64,000 nt of DNA, taken from contig CAWBMP010000005.1 in NCBI GenBank assembly GCA_963790025.1, positions 480,001 through 544,000 on the forward strand, in the 5' to 3' direction. Both the position numbers and the translations under genes were made by a program. The stretch's first letter is position 1. Every line of letters begins with the position of its first letter. Shown one piece after another: positions 41,733 through 51,335 of the stretch. This stretch comes from Nitrospirota bacterium (lineage in GTDB: Bacteria; Nitrospirota; Thermodesulfovibrionia; Thermodesulfovibrionales; Dissulfurispiraceae). Below the pieces are notes generated by a model. The model was not told where the DNA came from. It did not search any database and was given only the letters and a program-made list of their open reading frames with translations.

Positions 41733-41823
41733 TTTTTCCTCCTTTCTACTAATGATAACTGCCTAAGCTCCTGCAAGGCAGGGATGTCCACTGGATAGAA
41801 AAAAACAATGTCAAACTAAATAG

Positions 41824-41861
41824 TGATAGATATATTCTATCATAGATAGCTATACTGTCAA
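41824..41861 (-). promoter_or_regulatory. Sigma-70 promoter for the precursor peptide overlapped by a LysR-type palindrome
   Basis: Minus strand TTGACA (41861-41856), 16 bp, TAGAAT (41839-41834) with extended TG; TGATAG-N7-CTATCA at 41824-41842. Confidence 0.62.
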
Positions 41862-41916
41862 GTGCCTATTACTCAGCGGAAATGAGGTTCATTTTTGCAC
41901 GCATGATGACTGATGC

Positions 41917-43536
41917 TCAGACACTGAACTGGTCCACGATATCCTTCAGATGGCCGGACAGCCGGGCCAGTTCGGACGAGGACTGCGCAATCTGATCGGA
42001 CCCGCCGGAAACCTCTTTTGCACCTCCTGCAACAGCCTGAATGTCCCCGCTGATTGCTTCAGAGGTTGTAGACATTTCCTCTGTCGCGGTTGCGATCTGT
42101 TGCACCATGTTTTGAAGAGATGTTACGCTCTGTACGATGGCCTTAAGCTGCTCTCCAGCCTCGATCGAGTACTGAAGTCCTGTATTCACCTTTTCGTTCG
42201 TGAGATTCATTGCAGCAACGGCGCTGTCAACTTCGCTTTGAATAGCTCCGATCATCTGACTGATTTCAGAAGTGGCTTTTGCGGTCCGTTCAGCGAGTTT
42301 CCGCACCTCGTCGGCAACAACAGAAAACCCGCGACCTTGTTCTCCTGCGCGTGCGGCTTCAATTGCAGCGTTCAGTGCAAGCAGATTTGTCTGATCAGCA
42401 ATATCGTTGATAACAGCCACAATTTCGCCGATCTGTTTAGACTTTTCGCCTAGCGATTGCATGACGCGGGTCGATGTGTTGACTGTTTCAGCTATGCTCC
42501 TTGATTCGGCTACAGATTTGGCGACTACTTCCGCCCCTGTTCTGGCGATGTCTGCGGTTTCCGATGAAGATTGAGCAATGCTTGAAGCGTTTCTTGCAAT
42601 GTCGATGACTGTTTGGGACATTTCTTCGGCGGAAGTTGCGATCTGTGATGAGCGGTTTGATTGATCGGACATTGTCCTGGTAATCTCTTCGGAACTCGCG
42701 CTCAAGTGTTCGCTGCCGGAGGCGACGCTTGCAGACGCCCGCTTGATATCTCTGATCACGCCTTTGAGTTTGACGACCATTGCTTTCATTGCATCGAGCA
42801 ATTGTCCGGTTTCGTTTTTGCCTGTGGCTTCGATCTCAACCGTGAGGTCGCCGGACGCTATTTTGGCGGTTGTCTCGACCGCGTCGAGCAGCGGCCCGGT
42901 GATGCTTCTGATTATCCACAGGGTCACGAAGATTGCAATCGCCAACGCCGATGCACTCAGGATGATAATTGATATCCTGACAGTCTTCGCCTTGCTGCTG
43001 GCTGCATCTGCGTGCAATTTCGCCTGTTCCTTGATAAAAATATCCATGTCATCTACTGACTTAAGGTACGCGGCCTGTAATGCCTCGAATTCAGACAGCA
43101 GTCGGACAGCTTCATTTCTATTGCCGTCCATGAGGGATTTGACGATTTGATCTCTCATGTCGGCAGACGGCTTTCTCCTGTCGAGCATTGACTGATACAG
43201 GGCCTTCCCTTTTTCAGATTGCACGAGGGCTTTGAGTTTGTCAAAATTATCGCTGATACTTTTTCTTGAGCCCAGCATGTGCTCTATTTCTTTTTCCAGG
43301 CTTTCTTTGTTTTCGGCCATAAAGGCTTTTTCAAGATGAGTGGTCGCCGTGAGAATGTTCGCGGTGAGGTCCCCCAGAATAAGAGCCTGAGGCAGACGTT
43401 TATCACCCATTTCCCGGATATTGCCGCTCAGAGACGAAATTGACAGATATGCGGTAAGAGAAATTGAGATGACCAGCACAATCACAATTCCAAAGCCGAT
43501 AAATAACTTTGTCTTGATTTTCAGGTCCTTTGTCAC
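41917..43536 (-). CDS. Methyl-accepting chemotaxis protein (four-helix sensor, HAMP, MCP signal domain)
   Basis: Two TM helices; [40 protein letters not shown]. Confidence 0.96.
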   Translation of the reverse strand: MTKDLKIKTKLFIGFGIVIVLVISISLTAYLSISSLSGNIREMGDKRLPQALILGDLTANILTATTHLEKAFMAENKESLEKEIEHMLGSRKSISDNFDKLKALVQSEKGKALYQSMLDRRKPSADMRDQIVKSLMDGNRNEAVRLLSEFEALQAAYLKSVDDMDIFIKEQAKLHADAASSKAKTVRISIIILSASALAIAIFVTLWIIRSITGPLLDAVETTAKIASGDLTVEIEATGKNETGQLLDAMKAMVVKLKGVIRDIKRASASVASGSEHLSASSEEITRTMSDQSNRSSQIATSAEEMSQTVIDIARNASSIAQSSSETADIARTGAEVVAKSVAESRSIAETVNTSTRVMQSLGEKSKQIGEIVAVINDIADQTNLLALNAAIEAARAGEQGRGFSVVADEVRKLAERTAKATSEISQMIGAIQSEVDSAVAAMNLTNEKVNTGLQYSIEAGEQLKAIVQSVTSLQNMVQQIATATEEMSTTSEAISGDIQAVAGGAKEVSGGSDQIAQSSSELARLSGHLKDIVDQFSV

Positions 43537-43557
43537 TTTATTTGCCTCCCGTACATC

Positions 43558-45153
43558 TTATTTATTACTATCCATAATGGTGAAAAAGCAATAAGGGTCT
43601 TTCTCCTTGAAGATATCCAGGCCGCGGCTGTATGCTGCAGCGAGGCAACCGCCGCAGCCTGGACGAATAGGGCAGGCTGAGCATGCACCGCAGCCGGCAC
43701 GGTATCGTTGTGCCTTCACCGAGTCATAGATTTCGGCAAGACCTTGTTCGTTTATGTTCCCGATGAAGGAAGGAAATTTTCGGCAGGCATGCACCTCGCC
43801 GTCGGGAAGAAGGGCAAGGAAATTGAACGCCGCGCCGCATCCGAAGCCGGTGCAGCCTCCAAACGGCGCAAGCCCTTCCTGCCGGCGGATAATATTGATG
43901 AGATTATCCTTGATCCCGAGGACCGGGTTTACCTCTGCGGTTTTTATATAGGATTCGAGGAAGCGAATATATTGGTCCCTTCCCGGCAGTTTAAGCTGCG
44001 CCCCTTCTCCAACCATGGAGAGACGGTTGAAATTGAAAGTGTCGGCGAGACCGTGAAGGAATTCACCGAGGGGCAGTATCTGTTCGATATTGTCTTGTGT
44101 GAGCGTGAGCATTACCATAGAATAGACACCGAGTTCCCTGAGCAGTTCAAGAAAATTGACGGTCCGCTCGAAATGGCCCGGGCCGCGGATCGAATCATTA
44201 TGCTTCTGCAGGCCCTCAAGACTGACCTGGAAAAAATCGGGACGCTGGATCGAGACAATTTCTCCGATAAGCTGTCGCGGTGAAGGGTTACCCAGGATAG
44301 ATAGGATGAAGCCCTTATCAGCCGCGCCGCGGTAAAGTTCGAGGAAATGAGGATATAACAGGGGGTTGCCACCGGAAAAGGAGATCCGTCCCTTCACGTG
44401 CCTGTTACGGCAGAAATCATGGAAGTCATCGAGAATGTCCAATGCTTTCCTGAAGTTGACAGTCGAACGGCTGGTGCGGTCGTAGCAGTGCTTGCAATGG
44501 AGGTCGCATGCCTGGGTAATATGCCATTGCAATGTGAACGAGGTTGTGACACGGAATGAGTCATCGAAAGGTCCTGCAGCCGAAAAAATTCCGGGGTCAC
44601 GTTTCAGAAGTGAAGGAGGTGAAAGCAGGATGCCGCGCTTTATTGCACGATCAACAGCGGCGTCAACTGCTGAAACAGCAATCTTCCCTTCAGCAGCCAC
44701 CTTATTAGACGGCATCCCCTCGACTGCCATCTTGAGGACGAGCAAGTCCTCATCCGTGGCCGGCCTGCATTTGACCTCGCCGCTAACAGGGCTTTTCCAG
44801 ACGAGCAACATCTCCGCACCGCGAAGGGGCACTTCTCCGGACGTTTCGCGATTGTCGGCGATAAAGGTGAACAGGTTTTTCCACCTGAGAGGGAGCACCT
44901 CAAGGGCGGGGTTCACATCGAGCGTGTCAGTACCCGATGGTATTTCGGCAGCATTAATCCTGGCCATAGCCAATTCAAGTCGCACCAGATCAGAAATAAA
45001 AGGAGGCAAACCATGAGTGTCTGCACAGAGGGTGAGAACATCGGGAATCATATCGGCTGCAGGCGCGGGGCTGCGTGAGGAGATGATCCTATCCCACGAT
45101 TCCCTGCCAATAAGAGAGATACAAGCGCTGTAAATATCTTCGAGCCTCATCAT
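43558..45153 (-). CDS. sbtM: Radical SAM/SPASM peptide maturase, SbtM/selenobiotic type
   Basis: TLQWHITQACDLHCKHCYDR (CX3CX2C), GGCTGFGCGAAFNF, C-terminal SPASM cysteines, long N-terminal extension; start reassigned to ATG 45153/45150. Confidence 0.88.
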   Translation of the reverse strand: MMRLEDIYSACISLIGRESWDRIISSRSPAPAADMIPDVLTLCADTHGLPPFISDLVRLELAMARINAAEIPSGTDTLDVNPALEVLPLRWKNLFTFIADNRETSGEVPLRGAEMLLVWKSPVSGEVKCRPATDEDLLVLKMAVEGMPSNKVAAEGKIAVSAVDAAVDRAIKRGILLSPPSLLKRDPGIFSAAGPFDDSFRVTTSFTLQWHITQACDLHCKHCYDRTSRSTVNFRKALDILDDFHDFCRNRHVKGRISFSGGNPLLYPHFLELYRGAADKGFILSILGNPSPRQLIGEIVSIQRPDFFQVSLEGLQKHNDSIRGPGHFERTVNFLELLRELGVYSMVMLTLTQDNIEQILPLGEFLHGLADTFNFNRLSMVGEGAQLKLPGRDQYIRFLESYIKTAEVNPVLGIKDNLINIIRRQEGLAPFGGCTGFGCGAAFNFLALLPDGEVHACRKFPSFIGNINEQGLAEIYDSVKAQRYRAGCGACSACPIRPGCGGCLAAAYSRGLDIFKEKDPYCFFTIMDSNK

Positions 45154-45230
45154 ATCGGTCACATAGCTGCCCACTGTTGATATAATAATATAATAATAGA
45201 ACCTTTGAGTGTCCCAGTGCAAACACAAAG

Positions 45231-45279
45231 ACAGGTAAAGGTAACTTCTGTTTTTACCTCTACTGTTACCTTTACCTGT
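45231..45279. repeat. Hexamer-built inverted repeat (AGGTAN family), perfect 15-bp arms
   Basis: ACAGGTAAAGGTAAC (45231-45245) / GTTACCTTTACCTGT (45265-45279). Confidence 0.8.
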
Positions 45280-45422
45280 TTTTTTGGTGTTATAGCGTAA
45301 GTGGCGATTAGATGTGTTATAATCGAACAAAACTTATGGATGAATTTTTGTCTTTTTGTTAAACTTATCGAATCAGTCAGGTAGATTCTTTCACGCTTTA
45401 ATTATGACTTTGGAGGCGAGTA

Positions 45423-45719
45423 TTGAAAAGGGTTTCTGTAGAAAACCTCAAACCGGGGACTAAACTTGCTAAACCTGTACTTAATGACAGCGGCATGATT
45501 ATCATCGGCGATGGTACTGTATTGTCGGACTCTCATATAAGTCGCCTGCAGAATATGAACATAAGCAGTGTTTTTGTCGAGGGGACGGCAGGGCCTTCAA
45601 AAAGCAAGGAAGAACTTCTGGCCGAACTGGATGCCAGGTTCAAAAAAACAGGGGAAGAGCCGTACATGTCGATATTGAAGAGGGTATTGAAAGAGCAGAT
45701 AGAAGGCAAGGGCATTTGA
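45423..45719 (+). CDS. Hypothetical protein resembling the N-terminal region of HD-GYP proteins
   Basis: LKPGTKLAKPVLNDSGMIII..GTVL...I.RLQNMNISSVFV; GGAGG RBS, TTG start. Confidence 0.75.
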   Translation: MKRVSVENLKPGTKLAKPVLNDSGMIIIGDGTVLSDSHISRLQNMNISSVFVEGTAGPSKSKEELLAELDARFKKTGEEPYMSILKRVLKEQIEGKGI

Positions 45720-45720
45720 G

Positions 45721-46557
45721 ATGGAAATTCGGGACTTGAGAAGTCAGATTGAAAAGATCGATGCGCTTCCTACAATACCCAGCATATTGAGAAAGCTGCT
45801 GGCTGTTATCGAGAGGCCCAAGATTTCAATTAGCGAGATTGGCAGTTTCATTGCCAATGATCCTGTGCTCACGTCGAGGGTGCTCAAAGTCGTCAACTCG
45901 CCGATTTACGGCTTTCCGGGCAGAATATCCTCTCTGAATCAGGCTTTGATATTGCTCGGCCTCAATGTGGTGAGAGGGATGCTGCTCGGCGTTTCCGTTT
46001 TCGAGGCAATGGAAAAGACCATGTCAGGTCTATGGGAGCATTCACTCGGCTGTGCCATTGCCTCGCGTATTGTCGCAAAGAGAATGGGAGTTAAAGAGCC
46101 GGAGGAAGTTTCTGTTGCCGCTTTGCTGCATGATATCGGAAAAGTGGTACTGGGTCTTAAATTTCCCGAGGAATACCGTCAGGTGATGGGCAGTGCCGAA
46201 ACGGAAGGGATCTTTATCTTCGAGGCCGAGAAGAGATCTTTTAATATTAACCATGCCGATGCAGGCGGATGGATCTCCCTTAAGTGGAACTTTCCCAGCA
46301 ACCTTGTTGAGCCGATTGAATATCACCACAAGCCTCACCTTGCCAAAATAGTCCCCCTTCAGACGGCAATAGTCCATTTTGCGGATGTGTTAACGCGAGC
46401 CAAGGGGTTCGGTTTTGCCGGCGATCACTTTGTCCCTGCAGTGCATCCGGCGGCATGGAAGTTGCTCAACCTTTCCGAGGATGACTTGAAGGAAATAATA
46501 TCGGAACTGGAAGATTCATTAGACGAGGCCGGTGGCTTCCTGCTTTCCGATGAGTAA
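45721..46557 (+). CDS. HDOD domain protein
   Basis: LPTIP, DPVLTSRVLKVVNS, LWEHS, LLHDIGK, YHH. Confidence 0.92.
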   Translation: MEIRDLRSQIEKIDALPTIPSILRKLLAVIERPKISISEIGSFIANDPVLTSRVLKVVNSPIYGFPGRISSLNQALILLGLNVVRGMLLGVSVFEAMEKTMSGLWEHSLGCAIASRIVAKRMGVKEPEEVSVAALLHDIGKVVLGLKFPEEYRQVMGSAETEGIFIFEAEKRSFNINHADAGGWISLKWNFPSNLVEPIEYHHKPHLAKIVPLQTAIVHFADVLTRAKGFGFAGDHFVPAVHPAAWKLLNLSEDDLKEIISELEDSLDEAGGFLLSDE

Positions 46558-47473
46558 TACCAAGACTGTTGTTGTTATCTCCAAAGACCCGGTACTAACC
46601 GGCATAATCGGCAAGTTCCTTGAAGGGTCCTACCAGGTCATCGAATTCGCCGCCCTCCCATCTTCACTGGATTATATATATAGTTCGATTCCCGATGTAT
46701 TGCTGCTGGACATAACATCCGATGATCCGGTTATGGTTACGACGCTTAATGATTTAAAAAGTGATCCTATTCTGGGCAGCCTGTCCATATTTGCAATTTT
46801 CGGAGATGCCTTTGCCGTTCCACATTGGGATTATCTGCTTGTCGATGATTACATTAAGCGATCATTGCTGGAAGATGAATTACTGTCACGGGTTGAATTG
46901 TGCATACAGAGGGCGGAGCGGACGATCGAAGTAAATCCGCTGACACGGTTACCCGGAAATATTCAAATCACAAAACAGATACAAAAGCGGTTGGATGCCG
47001 GTGAGCAATTTGCACTCGCTTATGCCGACCTCGATCACTTTAAACCATACAACGACCGCTACGGATTCAGCCGGGGCGATGAAGTCCTGAAGATGCTCGG
47101 CAGGCTTATACTCAATACTGTTAAAGAGAGACATCCTTACGGCAGTTTTGTCGGGCATATCGGTGGAGATGATTTTGTATTCATGATGGATTGCGATGCC
47201 GCTGCTGAGACTTCAGAAAAGATTATCGGTTATTTCGACGAGATCATCCCCACTTTTCACGACATGGACGACAGGACAAAGGGACACATAGAATCCACGG
47301 ACAGGGAGGGAAAAAAAAGGGTATTCCCTCTCATAAGCCTGTCAATCGGCATTGCGCATAATAGGATGAGAAAGTTTACCCACTATGGGGCGATGGCCGA
47401 AGTCGCATCTGAAGTGAAAAAATTTGCCAAGACAGTTGTCGGCAGCTGCGTAAAGAGCGATCAAAGACATTAA
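46550..47473 (+). CDS. Diguanylate cyclase (degenerate REC + GGDEF)
   Basis: NPLTRLPGN, DLDHFKPYNDRYG..RGDEVL, HIGGDDF. Confidence 0.9.
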   Translation: MSNTKTVVVISKDPVLTGIIGKFLEGSYQVIEFAALPSSLDYIYSSIPDVLLLDITSDDPVMVTTLNDLKSDPILGSLSIFAIFGDAFAVPHWDYLLVDDYIKRSLLEDELLSRVELCIQRAERTIEVNPLTRLPGNIQITKQIQKRLDAGEQFALAYADLDHFKPYNDRYGFSRGDEVLKMLGRLILNTVKERHPYGSFVGHIGGDDFVFMMDCDAAAETSEKIIGYFDEIIPTFHDMDDRTKGHIESTDREGKKRVFPLISLSIGIAHNRMRKFTHYGAMAEVASEVKKFAKTVVGSCVKSDQRH

Positions 47474-47550
47474 AAAGGTTCATTGTCTTAATTTCATGAA
47501 TTTTTGTTGAGTCCTGTTTGCCGACAGAGGGCTTATAAATATGCGGACTT

Positions 47551-48600
47551 CTACATACTTTGCACTCCCGAATCTTTCAGAAAAATTGTTCTCATGGGAA
47601 ATGCAACGGCGATCCCTTCCACCGCATAGCGGCGATGAAGACGAATGACCAATTCATGCTGGATTTGTGCCTGGCAGGAGAAATCCCTTATAAGCATATT
47701 CATGGAAAGCTTAATGCCTGAATCGGAAAAACTGCTGTATTGCACAAAAGGCTCAAATTCCGGCATGCACCCAGGCAAGTCGCGCATCAATTCTTTCATA
47801 ACATCGACCGTGACCTTTCCTACTTTTTCTAAATCGCTTTCATAACCCACACCCACCTGAAAGGTAAGGGTCATCTCCGAGCTCGGGAAAGAATAATTTG
47901 TTACACTTGCCGCGGCGAGTTTGGAATTCGGGATGACAACAACGTTGTTGACCGGCGTTTTGATAGTGGTATCGCGCCATGTCATGTCGTCAATATAGCC
48001 CTCCTCACCTGAACTTAGCTTAACGTAATCACCGACCCTGATTTTGCCCGATGCAATAACATGCAAGCCGGAAAAAAGATTTGCAAGAGTGCTCTGTAAC
48101 CCGAGGGCTACTGCCAATCCTCCCACTCCCATGGCAGTAAGAATGGGAGTTATTGCCACTCCTATGGAATCCAGTGCTATCATAAAACCCATAGAGTAAA
48201 CCAGAAGTTTTACTGTATTCACAAATATTGAAAAGGCGGAAACAGCTCCCCCTGTCTTTTTTATGTACATACTCATGAATCCAGCGACAAATCGTGAACA
48301 GATTATTGTTCCGGTGAATACCATCAACACATTGAGTATTTTTTTAAGCAAAAAAAAGATGACCTTGTTCATCGAGATCAGATGAATCGTCCCGTAAATG
48401 GTAAGAATGGAAATGGAAAGCATAATCATATAGCGCAGGGCTTCTGCGGCAATTTGATGAGTTCCGTCTTCTCCCTTTGATACCCTTCGTAGCTTCCCCA
48501 AAATTATCCCTTCAAGGACAATACCGATAATGACTCCGCCTGCCACGACAGCCGCAGGCATGAGTGTCTCCGGACTAATAATGAAATGATCATATTTCAT
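47551..48600 (-). CDS. mscS: Small-conductance mechanosensitive channel
   Basis: GVGGLAVALGLQSTLANLFSG, VGDYV, IPNSKL, AFP. Confidence 0.92.
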   Translation of the reverse strand: MKYDHFIISPETLMPAAVVAGGVIIGIVLEGIILGKLRRVSKGEDGTHQIAAEALRYMIMLSISILTIYGTIHLISMNKVIFFLLKKILNVLMVFTGTIICSRFVAGFMSMYIKKTGGAVSAFSIFVNTVKLLVYSMGFMIALDSIGVAITPILTAMGVGGLAVALGLQSTLANLFSGLHVIASGKIRVGDYVKLSSGEEGYIDDMTWRDTTIKTPVNNVVVIPNSKLAAASVTNYSFPSSEMTLTFQVGVGYESDLEKVGKVTVDVMKELMRDLPGCMPEFEPFVQYSSFSDSGIKLSMNMLIRDFSCQAQIQHELVIRLHRRYAVEGIAVAFPMRTIFLKDSGVQSM

Positions 48601-48627
48601 GACGATTGAAGAATCACGCTTCGCGCG

Positions 48628-48906
48628 TTAATCAAAAAGCTTTATTATTGTGTCCGCTTTATCCTCGATGCTCTTGATACTTTGGGACATCGATTTGTGG
48701 TCTTTTTTTATTTTGTGCAAATCGTCGGCAATATTCAGGGCCGCGAGGATAGCTGCTTTGAGCGGGGTTATGTGGGGTGCAGACGTATAAACTTCTCTGA
48801 GCTTTTCATCCACGAACCCGGCGAGTTGGACCAGGTATTCGGGCGACTCATTGTCCCCTTTTATTATGTACTTTTGTCCCAGGATATGTACTTCAACATT
48901 TCCCAT
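48628..48906 (-). CDS. zapA: Cell division protein ZapA
   Basis: VEVHILGQKY...LAGFVDEKL...AILAALNIADDL plus coiled coil. Confidence 0.9.
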   Translation of the reverse strand: MGNVEVHILGQKYIIKGDNESPEYLVQLAGFVDEKLREVYTSAPHITPLKAAILAALNIADDLHKIKKDHKSMSQSIKSIEDKADTIIKLFD

Positions 48907-48999
48907 GCAAACCTAATGCGTTACGAGAAAAGAACAAATTATTTTGAAATGCCGTTTATTCATTTTTGTTTTCACTCATCACTCATGACGGATCACGGC

Positions 49000-49221
49000 C
49001 TATTTGAGTTCGACCGATTCCAGTTCATTGAATAAATCTTCAATCTGGGTTTTTATCGAGGCTTTCTCAAGCATTAATTTATCTATTTCCTGCTGTTTTA
49101 ATTTTAATATATTTTCAAGCTCTTCTATCCGGTTGTCCAGATTGCTTTTCTCCTCTTTCAACATCTTGATCTTTTCAACGGCATAGGTTATCTTCTCTTC
49201 AAAAGTCTTCAACATATCCAT
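49000..49221 (-). CDS. ZapB-like coiled-coil protein
   Basis: 73-aa coiled coil upstream of zapA; GGAGG RBS before ATG 49221. Confidence 0.72.
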   Translation of the reverse strand: MDMLKTFEEKITYAVEKIKMLKEEKSNLDNRIEELENILKLKQQEIDKLMLEKASIKTQIEDLFNELESVELK

Positions 49222-49325
49222 AACTTCCTCCCTTACCTTAACCCAAGTCGAGCCATTAAAATCGCTCAACGCGGGTTCGAAATAATAACACAAAATATCG
49301 TACAGCGTACAGCGTTCAGAGAACG

Positions 49326-51335
49326 CTAAAGTTCTCCGATATGGGTATTAGTCAAGGTGAACTTGCCGTCACTATTTGAGCGCAAATACTCGAAATAGGT
49401 CGTCATTACTTTTTTGACGTAATTTCTCGTCTCATCATAAGGAATATCTTCAATAAACTCGTCGACTGTTTTGTATTTCCCCTTTTTCAACCAGTCGTTT
49501 ACCGCATCCTCTCCGCCGTTGTAAGAAGCGAGAGCGACCGGAATAGAGCCGAATCTGTTGAGCAACTGCTTGAGATAGAAGCTTCCCAGCATTATGTTGG
49601 TCCGGGCATCCTCTAATTGGACACTGGCTGGTCCCCTGGACTTTTCAAGATGCACCTTCATATTCTTTTTATAGCGGAGGGCGGTCTGGGGCATCATCTG
49701 CATCAGTCCGATAGCGCCTGCGATAGACTGTGCTTCGGGCTCGAACCGCGATTCCTCGCGCATTACTGAAAGAATCATATAAGGATCGAGTGAGGTAATC
49801 CCTGAGGCTTCCTCAACTTCAGACCAGAAGGCAAGCGGATAATAGAGCTCGTGCAGTTCTTCGTTGTATGGGACCTTTGAAATAAGCGCTATAGATGTCT
49901 TGTAATATCCAAGTTTTTTAAGATATAAGCTGATGGAAACCAGGTCGCCGGGCGCAGGATTCTTTCTCGACAGGAAGAGCAGGTCGGCGGCAGCCTCGTC
50001 CTTCAGACCGATGCTTGTCAGTATATCGATCCTTGCAGAAGCAGGCTGATTCAATGAGGCTTTCAAGTGGGTCTTGCCGATTACCGGAGGTTTCCGTTTA
50101 TTTTTCAGCAAGGTCAGATACGCATAAAAATCATGGCTGTTTTCCTGGTCTTCAGCATGGCCCGGTGGTGCTTTATAGCCAAGCAAATCCCCGCACTTCC
50201 TGCTCCAATACAGATATTTTGAATCGCCGTATGTCGAGGTCAGCTTTGAAAAGATTTTATATGCATTTCTGTAATCCCTCGATAAATAGTAAGTCCACCC
50301 CTCGGACCATAGGGTCTCTTCCCTGGCGGACGGATAATGCGTAAGAACGGTATCGAAAATTTTAAGGGCCTCCTCAGTATCGCCTTCCCGTCTTTTCATC
50401 CCGCCATACGCCAGTATCACTGTTGCTACCCTGTTATCGGCGGCATTGCTGAATTCCGGCAGCTCGGACTGAAAGACAGCGTTATCGCCGGCCCTGAAGA
50501 TTGATCGCGCTCTCCAGAAACTGTTCTTCGTTATTTTATAGAGATCTGCCGCATCTTTGTATCTTTTCTGCCTGAATAAAGAGTATGCCAGGCTGTCCGT
50601 TATTTCCCGAGCACTGAAATCGTCGCCAGCGGGTAACGTGTTGAGTGCCCGGCCGGAGCGAGCAAGAGCCTCCCTCAGGACTTTTTCGGCTTCTTCAAAA
50701 CGCCACGCGGTATTCAGTGCCTTTCCCTTTTTCATAAGGTCTTCTGCTGTAACATCGGATGGCGAGAGTTCATTCGACGCCCTTGCCGACAGTGGGCAGG
50801 CAGCGATAAACACTTCTCTGAGCAGTTCCCTGGCTTTCTGCTGGTCATTGTTCTCCTTGAGCCACTGCGCATAGGCATATTTGATCTCCATATTCCATGG
50901 GTTGTCTTTGACCATGCCCTCGAGTAACATGCCTGTCGACGGGCCGTTCTTTTTTTCCAATAATTTTATTTCTCTGAATTCTGCTTTTTTAACAAGCCGC
51001 GATTCCCTGTACTTCTCTTTAAGGGACCTCAAGTCCTGAAGTGCCCGGTCTGAGTTTCCTGCGCCCTCATAAGCTTTCGCACGCCACAGCAGCGCATAAT
51101 CACCTAACAACGGCAATTTCTCATATGCAACGGTCAGGAGGGCAATTGCTTTTTCATAATTACCGCATTCCATATAGTTTTTGCCTCTGAGAAGTGCTTG
51201 TGCCCCGTCTGGTACCGTCTCTTGAACCGGACCACCAAAAGTCTGCGACGCGGGCATAAAACATAGAGCAAAGAGAACGGGCAACAGGAACAAGTACAAG
51301 TGCACCTGAGAGCGCGGGTTAAAATTTATTGACAT
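49326..51335 (-). CDS. slt: Soluble lytic murein transglycosylase with TPR-like repeats
   Basis: MREESRF, AGAIGLMQMMP, ASYNGG, IPYDETRNYVKKV. Confidence 0.9.
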   Translation of the reverse strand: MSINFNPRSQVHLYLFLLPVLFALCFMPASQTFGGPVQETVPDGAQALLRGKNYMECGNYEKAIALLTVAYEKLPLLGDYALLWRAKAYEGAGNSDRALQDLRSLKEKYRESRLVKKAEFREIKLLEKKNGPSTGMLLEGMVKDNPWNMEIKYAYAQWLKENNDQQKARELLREVFIAACPLSARASNELSPSDVTAEDLMKKGKALNTAWRFEEAEKVLREALARSGRALNTLPAGDDFSAREITDSLAYSLFRQKRYKDAADLYKITKNSFWRARSIFRAGDNAVFQSELPEFSNAADNRVATVILAYGGMKRREGDTEEALKIFDTVLTHYPSAREETLWSEGWTYYLSRDYRNAYKIFSKLTSTYGDSKYLYWSRKCGDLLGYKAPPGHAEDQENSHDFYAYLTLLKNKRKPPVIGKTHLKASLNQPASARIDILTSIGLKDEAAADLLFLSRKNPAPGDLVSISLYLKKLGYYKTSIALISKVPYNEELHELYYPLAFWSEVEEASGITSLDPYMILSVMREESRFEPEAQSIAGAIGLMQMMPQTALRYKKNMKVHLEKSRGPASVQLEDARTNIMLGSFYLKQLLNRFGSIPVALASYNGGEDAVNDWLKKGKYKTVDEFIEDIPYDETRNYVKKVMTTYFEYLRSNSDGKFTLTNTHIGEL

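Noticed and set aside
41438..41752. ORF-track ORFs 41438-41626 (-) and 41483-41752 (+)
   Set aside because: Alternative-frame and antisense shadows of the low-complexity (DK)n region; the RBS-led, UGA-containing frame explains the region better
45154..45330. N-terminal extension of the radical SAM ORF
   Set aside because: AT-rich intergenic-like sequence containing the inverted repeat; TTG start without a convincing RBS
48600..48628. 6S RNA expected downstream of zapA
   Set aside because: Only 27 nt separate zapA from mscS, leaving no room
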